Assembly (NCBI GenBank): GCA_947629365.1
Contig: CANRDM010000002.1
Location: forward strand, 1 to 42,417
DNA length: 42,417 bases
From: an uncultured Bacilli bacterium
GTDB lineage: Bacteria > Bacillota_I > Bacilli_A > RF39 > UBA660
Direction: 5' to 3'
Shown here piece after piece: positions 17,273-26,897 of this stretch. Every line of letters begins with the position of its first letter. The stretch's first letter is position 1. Under the pieces are notes generated by a model. It ran no database searches, was not told where the DNA came from, and saw only the letters and a list, made by a program, of their open reading frames with translations. The translations under genes were made by a program, and so were the position numbers.

Positions 17273-18451
17273 ATGAAGAATTTAAGTAAACAAAAATTAT
17301 TGTATTTATTTTTAATTCTTTTTTCATTGAGCGTTGGTATATTTAGTAATTATCGTGAGATGTGGTTACAAACTAATGGGCTAACTCCAGCATCGATATC
17401 AAGAATAGTCTGCTTTGCTAATATAATTACGGTTTTAATTTTTATCTTTTTTACGATTAAAGTATCATATAAAAAATTAAAAGTTGGTGTTTCTTTTGCC
17501 CTAATTTTAAAATTAATAACGAGTAGTTTATTATATATTATAAATGGTAGTGGTAATTTATTTTTAATTAAATTTATAATGTTTTTTGATATAGCATTTA
17601 ATGAACTTATTTTATCAAGTATTTATCCCCTTATGATGAGTATTCATAAAGATAATGAAGTATATACGAAGAAAAAAAGCTATGAAGAAATAAGTAATGA
17701 TGTTGGTTTTTTACTTGTTTCTTTATTAATAGGTAAATATTTCTTTAAACATTTATTTAGTTATAATTCTTGTTTATTATTATCAATTTGTTTTATCTTT
17801 TTAGCATTAATGGTATTATTAGAAGTAACTGATGATAATAAAGGTAATAGTAATAGTTTTGATATAAAAAGGGCAATTAAATATTTAAATGAACATAAAA
17901 TAATTTATTTGTTTTTATTAGTTAATTTCTTATCATCAGTTACTTGGAAAAGTGTTGTGGGAATGCCTATTCTAAGTCTTACTACTAATTTAGGATTTAG
18001 TCTTCAAAAAGCTAGTTTTATCTTTTTATTCTTAGGAATAATATCAAATATTCTAGCCATATTAGTTGTTAAACATTTGCATTTTAAAAATAATCATTTA
18101 AATATGGTCTTTAAATATGGAATAAGAATAATTCTTTATTTATTAACTTTTATAACTAATAATAAAGTTTTATTAGGGGTTACTTTTATTTATCTATTTG
18201 TTTTAGAAATGCCATTTGATTTTATTATCGAGGGTTATTTTATTAATAAAGTTAAGAGCGAATATAGCTTTTTAATGACTACTTTAAAATATATAACAAG
18301 TTTACTTGGTCAAGCTTTGGGTATTTATTTGTGTGGTTTTGTCTTTAATAAAAGTACAAGAATTATTATTTTGCCTGCCTTAATATTTAGTTCTATTCAT
18401 TATTTATTAACTACAGTGCTTTTAAATAAAAGAGATAAAGTAAGTTATTAG
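17273..18451 (+). CDS. Multi-pass membrane transporter (MFS-like, ~12 TM)
   Basis: The hydrophobicity pattern runs throughout and the length is ~390 aa. The family assignment is by topology impression only. Confidence 0.45.
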   Translation: MKNLSKQKLLYLFLILFSLSVGIFSNYREMWLQTNGLTPASISRIVCFANIITVLIFIFFTIKVSYKKLKVGVSFALILKLITSSLLYIINGSGNLFLIKFIMFFDIAFNELILSSIYPLMMSIHKDNEVYTKKKSYEEISNDVGFLLVSLLIGKYFFKHLFSYNSCLLLSICFIFLALMVLLEVTDDNKGNSNSFDIKRAIKYLNEHKIIYLFLLVNFLSSVTWKSVVGMPILSLTTNLGFSLQKASFIFLFLGIISNILAILVVKHLHFKNNHLNMVFKYGIRIILYLLTFITNNKVLLGVTFIYLFVLEMPFDFIIEGYFINKVKSEYSFLMTTLKYITSLLGQALGIYLCGFVFNKSTRIIILPALIFSSIHYLLTTVLLNKRDKVSY

Positions 18452-18461
18452 AAAGGATTAT

Positions 18462-19418
18462 ATGAATACATATTTAGTTGTAAGTGATACCATTTATTAT
18501 ACCGAAGAAATATTAAAAAAATTAAAAGATGGTATTGATAATATTGTAATGTTTAATTTAGATGAAGATAGTATAGATGATGTTTTAGCTGAATGTAGTT
18601 ATCCATCACTTTTTGATACCAATAAGTGTGTGATTGTAAAAAATGCCAAGTTTTTACTAGCAAGTAAAACAGGAGATAGTAAAAAAAGTAGTGAAATAAG
18701 TGATAAAATACTTAAGTATTTAGAAGAAGAAAATGAACATACTAAATTAATCTTTGTTGTAAATGGTAATGTTGATAGTAGAAAAAAATTATATAATAAG
18801 ATTAAAGAAAATAATAATTTATATGTAAATGTTGGAATGACTAAAACAAAGATAAAAGATGAATTATTAAAAATCGTTAAAGATAATAAATATACTATTT
18901 TAGATAAAACTTTATGGTATATTATTAATAATACTTTAGGTAATTTTGATTTAGCTTATAATGAACTTATGAAAATAATGTTATATTATAGTAAACCTTG
19001 TGAAATAAAATATGAAGATGTAGTTAATTTAACAAGTAAAACATTTGAAGAAAATAATTTTAAATTAGTAGAATGTATTATTAATAGAGATTTAGATGGT
19101 TCTCTAAAGTTATTACAAGAAGCTAAAATATTAAAAGTGGAACCTACTGTTATAATATCTTTAATATACCGGGAATTTAAATTAATGTTAATGACTTATT
19201 TATATGAAATAAATAAATATAGTAAAAAAGATATTTTAAATAATTTACATCTTACAGATTGGATGTATGATAAAGTAAAAGATAATTTAAGAAAATATCA
19301 AGTAAATGAAATAAAAGAAGAGATAATTAATTTAAGTAATCTTGATTATAAAGTAAAAAGTGGTAATTTAAATAAAGATGTAGCTTTAATTAGTTATATT
19401 GTTGAGTTATGTTTGTAA
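18462..19418 (+). CDS. holA: DNA polymerase III delta subunit (HolA-like)
   Basis: Length is 318 aa. The LGNFDLAYNELMKIMLYY and C-terminal LSNLDYKVKSGNLNKDVALISYIVELC patterns resemble HolA. Confidence 0.55.
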   Translation: MNTYLVVSDTIYYTEEILKKLKDGIDNIVMFNLDEDSIDDVLAECSYPSLFDTNKCVIVKNAKFLLASKTGDSKKSSEISDKILKYLEEENEHTKLIFVVNGNVDSRKKLYNKIKENNNLYVNVGMTKTKIKDELLKIVKDNKYTILDKTLWYIINNTLGNFDLAYNELMKIMLYYSKPCEIKYEDVVNLTSKTFEENNFKLVECIINRDLDGSLKLLQEAKILKVEPTVIISLIYREFKLMLMTYLYEINKYSKKDILNNLHLTDWMYDKVKDNLRKYQVNEIKEEIINLSNLDYKVKSGNLNKDVALISYIVELCL

Positions 19419-19480
19419 TAGACAATTAGTTAATTATTTGTTAAAATATTATTACTTTTTTATAGGAAAGGGGAATATTT

Positions 19481-20575
19481 ATGGAAACAGTTGTTGTGGG
19501 AATGAGTGGTGGCGTTGATAGCGCTGTTGCGGCTTATCTTCTTAAAAAAGAGGGATATAATGTTATTGCTCTTTTTATGCGTAATTGGGATAGCACTATT
19601 AATGGGGAAGACTATCAAAATGATGATATCATTTGTCCCCAAGAAAGAGATTATAATGATGCCTTAAAAGTATGTGAAAAATTAGATATTCCTTTGCACC
19701 GTGTTGATTTTATTAAAGAATATTGGGATTATGTATTTAAATATTTTTTAGATGAATTACAAAAGGGAAGAACTCCTAATCCAGATATGTTATGTAATAA
19801 ATATATTAAATTTGATTTATTTAAAAAAGAAGCAATAAAATTAGGAGCAGATTATATTGCTACGGGACATTATGCTAGAATTGAAGGTAGTCGTCTTTTA
19901 AGAGCTAAAGATTTGAATAAAGATCAAACTTATTTTTTAGCCGATGTTACAGTAGATGAATTAAAAAATGTTTTATTTCCTATTGGCAATTTACTAAAAA
20001 GCGAAGTAAGAAAAATAGCTTTAGAACAAGACTTAGTAGTGGCTTCAAAAAAAGATTCAACGGGTATATGTTTTATTGGGGAACGTAACTTTCAAAAATT
20101 TATTAAAAATTATTTACAAGAAAATCCCGGTGATATTGTCGATGTTAAAACTAAAAAAGTAATCGGTAGACACCAAGGACTGATGAATTATACCATTGGG
20201 CAAAGAAGGAATGTAGGTATTTCGGGAAATACTGATCGGCATTTTGTTTGTGGTAAAGATGTTAAAAATAATATTTTATATGTAACTATTGGCGATGATG
20301 AATATTTATATAGTGATGCTTGTTTAATTGAAAATGTTAATTTTATAAGTAGTACGCATCCAACATTTTGTACTGCTAAATTTAGATACCGTGGAATAGA
20401 TCATCCAGTGGAACTAGAATACTTACCTAATAATGAAATTTTAGTTAAATATAGGGAAAGAGCGAAATCAGTTACCCCAGGACAAGCGTGTGTCCTTTAT
20501 TTAGGGGAAGAATGTCTTGGCTGTGGTTTTATTAAAGAAGTATATAAAAATAATGAAAGATTATGGTATTTGTAA
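19481..20575 (+). CDS. mnmA: tRNA-specific 2-thiouridylase
   Basis: PP-loop VVGMSGGVDSAVAAYLLKKEGY, plus NPDMLCNKYIKF and DSTGICFIGE motifs. Confidence 0.93.
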   Translation: METVVVGMSGGVDSAVAAYLLKKEGYNVIALFMRNWDSTINGEDYQNDDIICPQERDYNDALKVCEKLDIPLHRVDFIKEYWDYVFKYFLDELQKGRTPNPDMLCNKYIKFDLFKKEAIKLGADYIATGHYARIEGSRLLRAKDLNKDQTYFLADVTVDELKNVLFPIGNLLKSEVRKIALEQDLVVASKKDSTGICFIGERNFQKFIKNYLQENPGDIVDVKTKKVIGRHQGLMNYTIGQRRNVGISGNTDRHFVCGKDVKNNILYVTIGDDEYLYSDACLIENVNFISSTHPTFCTAKFRYRGIDHPVELEYLPNNEILVKYRERAKSVTPGQACVLYLGEECLGCGFIKEVYKNNERLWYL

Positions 20576-21874
20576 TTTTTTCGTTATTTTAACGGTATAA
20601 TAAATATTTAAGATAACTACGACTAAAATATTTGTTATTTCGGATAATACTAGAGAATACATTCCAATATGGGCAAGAGAGAACACGGCTAAAGTTAAAA
20701 GTTTTACTATGACTCCAATAATCGTAATATTCATTGTAATTTTCGCTTTATCTAAGGCTTGTAAATAACTCATTAATATAGCTTCAATATAAAATAGAGG
20801 AAATATTGGTGTTAATACTTTGATATAACTTAATCCATCATAAGTATTATATAGTGTAAATAAAATGTTTTTACCAAAAAACATTAGAATAATCGCATAA
20901 CCAATTCCAATAATTAAAGCAAAACAAAGGGCTTCTTTAAGCCTTTTTTTAAGAGCTTTAAAATGACCTTTTAAATAGTTTTTACTAATCTCCGGAATTA
21001 AAGATGAAGAGATGGCTGTAATAAAAAAGGAAGGAACCGTAAGAATGGCAATCGAGTAAGCGTTATATGCCCCATATTCTAAAACAATATATTCATTAGA
21101 ATAACCAGAAAATAAAAGTAAATTAGTTAAAATAATGGGTTCAAAAAAATAACCAATATTACCAATTATTCGTGATGAAACAGTAGGAAGAGAAATACTT
21201 AAAATATTTTTTAATAAGCCTTTATCAAAAGTAAGATCATTTTTTACTATTTTAATCTTTTTAGGTAAAAATAATAAATTAACCAAAATTGATACTAATT
21301 CTTCAATAAAGGAAAAGATAAAAAGAGAAGAAGCCGCTAAAATAGGGCTTATTGCCATTAATTTAGGAACAAATAGATAAATAAGGGTACCTCTTACTAA
21401 TTGTTCAATAACATTAGATACGACATTAGGTACCATATTTTGTTTTCCATAAAAGTAGCCTTTAACGATACTTGATATAGAGATGATGGGAAAAGTTAGA
21501 CTCATTGCAATGATTAATAAATAACATCTTTCTTCTTTTAAAAGATAAGTCGCAATAAATCTAGCTCCCAAAATCATCAAAATAACAACAATAAAATTAA
21601 TAGCCATTATTAAAATCGTTGAGGTAGTAATAATCCTTAAATTTTGGTGTTTGCCTTCTGCGACTAATTTGGAAATAGTTGTTGGTAAGGCAAGAGTGGC
21701 AATTGTAATTAATAATGAATAGGTTGGCATAACTAAAGAATATAAACCAATAACTTCGGCCCCAACAATTCTTGTATAAATTATTCTAATAATAAAACCT
21801 AAGATTTTAGTTATAATACCTCCAAAAATCAGAATAATTGTTGATTTTAAAAATAGATTATTTTTATATCTCAT
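20561..21874 (-). CDS. MOP-superfamily flippase (SpoVB/MurJ-like polysaccharide or lipid II flippase)
   Basis: Polytopic protein of 437 aa. The position next to comN-like and rel mirrors the B. subtilis spoVB-comN neighbourhood. Confidence 0.6.
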   Translation of the reverse strand: MRYKNNLFLKSTIILIFGGIITKILGFIIRIIYTRIVGAEVIGLYSLVMPTYSLLITIATLALPTTISKLVAEGKHQNLRIITTSTILIMAINFIVVILMILGARFIATYLLKEERCYLLIIAMSLTFPIISISSIVKGYFYGKQNMVPNVVSNVIEQLVRGTLIYLFVPKLMAISPILAASSLFIFSFIEELVSILVNLLFLPKKIKIVKNDLTFDKGLLKNILSISLPTVSSRIIGNIGYFFEPIILTNLLLFSGYSNEYIVLEYGAYNAYSIAILTVPSFFITAISSSLIPEISKNYLKGHFKALKKRLKEALCFALIIGIGYAIILMFFGKNILFTLYNTYDGLSYIKVLTPIFPLFYIEAILMSYLQALDKAKITMNITIIGVIVKLLTLAVFSLAHIGMYSLVLSEITNILVVVILNIYYTVKITKKLQIP

Positions 21875-21937
21875 AAGTTCACCTTTAAAAAATAAAACAA
21901 ATATTATATAATAATAATATGAAAGGAATTCTTATTT

Positions 21938-22192
21938 ATGGCAAAAGATATTACCAAAAATGATTTATTTATAAGATTACTACCAGCCTTTAATACCAAA
22001 ATAGCTGAATGGCAAAGAGAAAAGATAGATAATATTAAATCATTAGATATATGGAATTATTGTGTCCATAATATTTGGCATAAAAAAGAAAACTTAAGAA
22101 TGTATGAATTAGTTGATGATATTCTAAATATTGATATTATTGACTTTATTAATTATCAAAAAATGAAGAGGAATGAGGAAATTGAAAGATAA
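21938..22192 (+). CDS. ComN-like post-transcriptional regulator family protein
   Basis: DIWNYCVHNIWHKKENLRMYELVDDILNIDIIDFINY resembles the ComN/YrzD signature (W...KW...LhelVnDIlslk...fmnY). Recalled from memory, unverified. Confidence 0.45.
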   Translation: MAKDITKNDLFIRLLPAFNTKIAEWQREKIDNIKSLDIWNYCVHNIWHKKENLRMYELVDDILNIDIIDFINYQKMKRNEEIER

Positions 22193-24314
22193 CGAAATAA
22201 ATTTTGAAACAATCTATGATAAATTAGACTTTGATGAAAAAACTCTTAAAAAAATAAAAAAGGCCTACCTTTATGCTGCAAATGAATATGCAGGCAAGAA
22301 AAGATTATCGGGGGCTGATTACATTACCCATCCTTTAAATGTAACCAATATTTTAACGGATTTAAATGTTGATGATACCACGATTATTGCCTCTCTTTTA
22401 CACGATGTTTTAGATAAAGGTACTTCGGCAACAAAAGAGGATTTAAAAGAAAAATTTGGCGAAGATGTTGCCAATATTGTTTTAAATGTCTCAAAAATTA
22501 ATAAATTAGAATTACAAGATGAAACGGAAAACTCCAAAATCTATTTAAGAAAAGTTTTAGTTGGTTTAGCAGAGGACCCACGCGTAATTTTTATTAAATT
22601 AGCAGATCGTTTACATAATCTTCGGACAAGTTACGCCGTAAAAGAAGAAAGTAGAAAGAAAACTGCGAAAGAAACAATGGACATTTTAGTGCCAATTGCC
22701 CATCGTCTTGGTATTAATTCTATTAAAAGTGAAATGGAAAACTTATGTTTACAAATTTTAAAACCCGATGTATATAATGATATTTTAGAACGCCTTAATA
22801 ATACAACTAGTGAACTTAATGATAATCTTTTAAAAATGAAAGAAGATTTATCGCATTTATTAATTGATAATGATATTACTTTTGAAATAAAAGGGAGAGT
22901 AAAAAGCGTTTATAGTATTTATCATAAATTACAATCTGGTAAGAATTGGGATAGTATTTATGATATTCTTGCTTTAAGAATATTTGTTAAAACTGAAGCT
23001 TTATGTTATACCGTTATTGGGTTAATTCATTCTAAATATCGTCCTGTTCCGAAAAGATTTAAAGATTATATAGCTAATCCCAAAGAAAATATGTATCAAA
23101 GCTTACATACTACAGTTTTTGGTGATGATGGTAACTTTTATGAAATCCAAGTAAGGACATATGAAATGGATGAAATTGCTGAAAAAGGAATTGCTTCTCA
23201 CTGGTCATATAAAGAAAAAGGGGTGAAGAAGATTCAAACTATTATGGAACAAAAATTAGAAATGTTTCGTAATATTATTGAATCAGCTAGTAATGAAAAT
23301 GATACTAATTTTGAAAATGCAATGACTTATAATCTTTTAGGTGAGCTTATTTATGTTTATACCCCTAAAGGTGATGTTATTGAGCTTCCTAAAGATGCAA
23401 CTCCGATTGACTTTGCTTATCGCATCCATAGTAGAGTTGGTGATACAACAGTCGGTGCCATTGTTAATGATAATATTGTTCCTCTTTCTTATAATTTGCA
23501 AAATAATGATGTTGTTAAAATTATTACTAATAAAGAAGCTTTACCTAGTAATGATTGGTTAAGTTTTGTTAAAACTGAACAAGCTAGATCAAAAATAAAA
23601 GCTTTCTTTAGTAAAAAAGATCGTTTAGAATTAATTGAAAAAGGTAAGAGTATTTTAGAAAAAGAAATTAGAAGAAGAAAACTCGGTTATAATGATATTA
23701 TTAATGATCAAAATTTAAATAAAATATTAAAAGATTTAAAATTAAATAATTTAGAAGATTTATATTTAAGTTTAGGTTCTCTAAGATATACAGCTGGTTA
23801 TATTATTAATTTAACGACGGAAGATAAACATAATATTGATGATGTTTTAATTGAAAAAATAAAACCAAGAATAGATAAAAATAAAAATAATAATGATATC
23901 ATTGTTGATGGTAATACCAATATTATGTATAATTTGGCTAAATGTTGTCGTCCAGTTAAGGGAGATGATATTATTGGGTTTATTACAAAGGGAGAAGGAA
24001 TATCTGTTCATAAAAAAAATTGTCCAAATATTAAAGATGCTAATTTAAGACTGATTGATATTTCTTGGAATAAAGATGCTGATAACACTTACTATACTAA
24101 TGTTGTGTTATTAGTTAGTCAAAATAAGAATTATTTAGCTGATTTAATTGCCCTTGCCACTAAAGAAAAAATTACAATTGCGGAATTTAAAAATAAAGAA
24201 GCTGAAAATGGTACAGTTTGTGAGTTATTAGTAAAAGTTAATAATAAAGATGAACTTGACCGTTTTAAAAGTAAAGTTAATAAACTTAAAAATATTAAAG
24301 TAAGGGAGTCATAA
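22173..24314 (+). CDS. relA: Bifunctional (p)ppGpp synthetase/hydrolase (long RSH)
   Basis: HD domain (HPLNV, LLHDVLD, ADRLHNLRT), synthetase (RVKSVYSIYHKL, YQSLHTTV), TGS (VYTPKGDVIELPKDATPIDFAYRIHSRVG), and an ACT-like C-terminus. Confidence 0.95.
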   Translation: MRKLKDNEINFETIYDKLDFDEKTLKKIKKAYLYAANEYAGKKRLSGADYITHPLNVTNILTDLNVDDTTIIASLLHDVLDKGTSATKEDLKEKFGEDVANIVLNVSKINKLELQDETENSKIYLRKVLVGLAEDPRVIFIKLADRLHNLRTSYAVKEESRKKTAKETMDILVPIAHRLGINSIKSEMENLCLQILKPDVYNDILERLNNTTSELNDNLLKMKEDLSHLLIDNDITFEIKGRVKSVYSIYHKLQSGKNWDSIYDILALRIFVKTEALCYTVIGLIHSKYRPVPKRFKDYIANPKENMYQSLHTTVFGDDGNFYEIQVRTYEMDEIAEKGIASHWSYKEKGVKKIQTIMEQKLEMFRNIIESASNENDTNFENAMTYNLLGELIYVYTPKGDVIELPKDATPIDFAYRIHSRVGDTTVGAIVNDNIVPLSYNLQNNDVVKIITNKEALPSNDWLSFVKTEQARSKIKAFFSKKDRLELIEKGKSILEKEIRRRKLGYNDIINDQNLNKILKDLKLNNLEDLYLSLGSLRYTAGYIINLTTEDKHNIDDVLIEKIKPRIDKNKNNNDIIVDGNTNIMYNLAKCCRPVKGDDIIGFITKGEGISVHKKNCPNIKDANLRLIDISWNKDADNTYYTNVVLLVSQNKNYLADLIALATKEKITIAEFKNKEAENGTVCELLVKVNNKDELDRFKSKVNKLKNIKVRES

Positions 24315-24757
24315 TGAAAGTAGTTATTCAAAGAAGTAAACATAGTAGTGTTTCGATAAATAATAAAGTATATAATGAAATTACTAATGGTTTAGTGATA
24401 TTTAGTTGTTTTACTGAGGATGATACCATTGATGATATTAATTATATTGTCAAAAAGATTACTAATTTAAGAATATTTGATGATGAAAATGGGGTAATGA
24501 ATAAAAGTATTTTAGATTATGGAGGAAGTATTTTATCTATTAGTCAATTTACTTTATATGCTGACACTAAAAAAGGTAATCGCCCTAGTTATATTAAAGC
24601 TTTAAATGGGGAGGAAGCAACTAAACTATATGACACTTTTAATCGGGAATTAAATAAGATTGTACCTACAGTTACTGGCATTTTTGGGGCCGATATGCTT
24701 GTTAATATTGAAAATGATGGCCCCATAACAATTATAATTGACAGCAAAAATAAATAA
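24314..24757 (+). CDS. dtd: D-aminoacyl-tRNA deacylase
   Basis: MKVVIQR..., SQFTLYADTKKGNRPSY, and NIENDGPITIIIDS. Start is coupled to the rel stop (TAATG). Confidence 0.93.
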   Translation: MKVVIQRSKHSSVSINNKVYNEITNGLVIFSCFTEDDTIDDINYIVKKITNLRIFDDENGVMNKSILDYGGSILSISQFTLYADTKKGNRPSYIKALNGEEATKLYDTFNRELNKIVPTVTGIFGADMLVNIENDGPITIIIDSKNK

Positions 24758-24942
24758 TGTTACTAGACTTAAGTATGCTTAGAATTCAAAAACTAAATTA
24801 AATCATAACTATGGTATTACATCACGTTCAATTAAAGAAGCTAAAATGCTATTTGAATATTTATGTAATTTTTATCAAGATGAATATTTAAAATCTTTAG
24901 AAATGGTTACTCCTAAACATATTTTAGAAAGAAAAAATTAAA

Positions 24943-24971
24943 TTGACAATTAGAATATAACACTTTATAAT
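24943..24971 (+). promoter_or_regulatory. Perfect consensus sigma-A promoter in front of the paralogue array
   Basis: TTGACA (24943-24948), a 17-nt spacer, and TATAAT (24966-24971). SD AAAGGAG and ATG 25001 follow. Confidence 0.75.
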
Positions 24972-25000
24972 AAATGAATATATAAAAGGAGAAGCAAAAT

Positions 25001-25645
25001 ATGAATAGTAAAAACGTAGATAATAGCCAATTAGATTTGTATGATATTTTCCAAGAAAATTTCGCAATTAAAAAAAGAGCTAATGAACAAATTAAAAAAA
25101 AGAATCAATTAGAAGATAAAATTTATAAAGAAAGTATGCTTTTCCAAATACCAAGGCGAGACTTTGCCGAAGTTGAAAATATTATTGCTCTAAAAAAGAA
25201 TTTAGAATTTTACTTTTATGAGTTATTGCCGCTTTTTATTCAAGAAGCAATAATAAGAGGCGAAACCCAATTAGAATCTATAGATTATAACCGTTTAGGA
25301 TTATCTATTAAAAATGACTTATATTATATACTTCATAAGAGCAAATTTTTTGTATCCCAATATGATGGGCATCATTATTATTTTCCTTCTGATTCAGATG
25401 ATTGTAAATTTAATTTATATCTTAAAAATTTCATTGAACAATATAATTTAGGAGAAATGAATGAAAAATTTTTATCAGATAATGTATATACAGTTGAGTT
25501 GCAAGCATCTTTTAAAGATTTAGTTTATGCTTGTTATGTTGGTGAAGAGTGGGTTAAGTATTTAGAAGATGCGTGTATAGATTTATTAAGTGATTACTTT
25601 AATGAAGAACAATTAAAAAGTTATAAAAAAGGCAGAAGGCTATAG
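25001..25645 (+). CDS. Family A paralogue 1 (unknown function, acidic, no signal peptide)
   Basis: Shares LDLYDIFQENF, KKNLEFYFYELLPLFI and DLVYACYVGEEWVKYLEDACIDLLSDYFNEEQL with the other A members. Confidence 0.8.
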   Translation: MNSKNVDNSQLDLYDIFQENFAIKKRANEQIKKKNQLEDKIYKESMLFQIPRRDFAEVENIIALKKNLEFYFYELLPLFIQEAIIRGETQLESIDYNRLGLSIKNDLYYILHKSKFFVSQYDGHHYYFPSDSDDCKFNLYLKNFIEQYNLGEMNEKFLSDNVYTVELQASFKDLVYACYVGEEWVKYLEDACIDLLSDYFNEEQLKSYKKGRRL

Positions 25646-25661
25646 AATGGTGAGTTAGATA

Positions 25662-26198
25662 ATGGAAAATAGTGAAAAATTAAATAATATAACAAATGAG
25701 CAATTAAAAATAAAACTTTCAGAAACTAGTGATGATTATTATCATACATATTGTGCTTATAGAGAAGTTGAAAGATTAGTCGGTTTTAAAAGAAATCTAG
25801 AGTTTTTCTTTTATGAATTACTTCCACTTTATATTAAAGAAAAAGATGATAAAGATCAAAAGATTTCTATTAAATTAAATTTACTTTTTGATGATAAAAC
25901 GTCCAAATATTTTTATGCAATAGATGATGATAAATTTTATTTTTTACCTTCCCAATCTCATAATTGGTTTGATTTTTTTCTTATTACATTCATTAATGAA
26001 TATAATTTAAGAAAAACAGATAAAGAGGATTTTTTTTCTAAGGATTACAATATTAATATTGAAGCATCCTTAAAAGATTTAATGTATGCTTGCTATATTG
26101 GCGAAGAGTGGGTTAAGTATTTAGAAGATGGTTGCTTAGAATTATTAAGTGATTATTACAGTGAAGAACAACTAAAGAAATATCAAAGAAGAAGATAA
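25662..26198 (+). CDS. Family A paralogue 2 (shorter; divergent N-terminus)
   Basis: KRNLEFFFYELLPLYI and DLMYACYIGEEWVKYLEDGCLELLSDYYSEEQL. Lacks the LNLYDIF N-terminal motif. Confidence 0.8.
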   Translation: MENSEKLNNITNEQLKIKLSETSDDYYHTYCAYREVERLVGFKRNLEFFFYELLPLYIKEKDDKDQKISIKLNLLFDDKTSKYFYAIDDDKFYFLPSQSHNWFDFFLITFINEYNLRKTDKEDFFSKDYNINIEASLKDLMYACYIGEEWVKYLEDGCLELLSDYYSEEQLKKYQRRR

Positions 26199-26221
26199 TA
26201 AAATTGAAGGAGGCTTTGGTA

Positions 26222-26827
26222 ATGTATATACTTGATAAAAATAATGGTGGGATTGATCTTTATACAATTACTGCTAAAAAAGAAGAATTAAAAGAATATA
26301 GGAAAAATATTATAAATGCCCAAAAAGATAAACTATTTTATTATATATTATCTAAAAATAGTAGAGTTCTTAAAGATTTTACTTCTTTAGAAGAAATTGA
26401 TTTAGATAATATTCCTTATAATAAAAAATTGGTTTCTTTTCTTAATGATCTTATTAATTATGATGACTCATCTTATCATAGAATGATTCATCAATATATT
26501 GATGGTGATAATATAACGGATGATTATCTTAATGGTTTAAAAGATAATAATATACCAATTAAAGTAATTTCTGCAAACGAAGAATTTTACTATTTAGTAC
26601 CTAAGATATGGCAAATTGATTACAATAACTTTATGTTAAGACAAGTAATGAGATTATCAAAAGAATTATATTTATTACATTTGCTTCTTTTAGGAAAATA
26701 TGAAAAATTAGCAAGTGAACCAACGCTTGAACAATTAGAGTTATTTAATATTGAATATATTAAAACAATCACTATAGAAGAATTAGCATATTTAATTAAT
26801 TCTAAATATGCCAGCAAGTGCTTATGA
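26222..26827 (+). CDS. Family B paralogue 1 (C-terminal tail displaced into another frame)
   Basis: MYILDKNNGGIDLYTITAKKEELKEYRKNI and LLHLLLLGKYEKL...EQLELFNIEY. SD GAAGGAGG precedes ATG 26222. The homologous tail ...YDSIIKKAELDGQILQKRRK is encoded in a shifted frame at 26808-26885. Confidence 0.7.
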   Translation: MYILDKNNGGIDLYTITAKKEELKEYRKNIINAQKDKLFYYILSKNSRVLKDFTSLEEIDLDNIPYNKKLVSFLNDLINYDDSSYHRMIHQYIDGDNITDDYLNGLKDNNIPIKVISANEEFYYLVPKIWQIDYNNFMLRQVMRLSKELYLLHLLLLGKYEKLASEPTLEQLELFNIEYIKTITIEELAYLINSKYASKCL

Positions 26828-26897
26828 TAGCATTATTAAAAAAGCTGAATTAGATGGTCAAATTTTACAAAAAAGAAGAAAATAAAGGAGAAGTTAT

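Noticed and set aside
24784-24942. 52-codon open stretch between dtd and the array, as a real small gene.
   Set aside because: It has no SD and no start at its 5' end (only an internal Met), and I recognise no family. It is more likely a gene remnant, so it is mentioned only as border context of the array.
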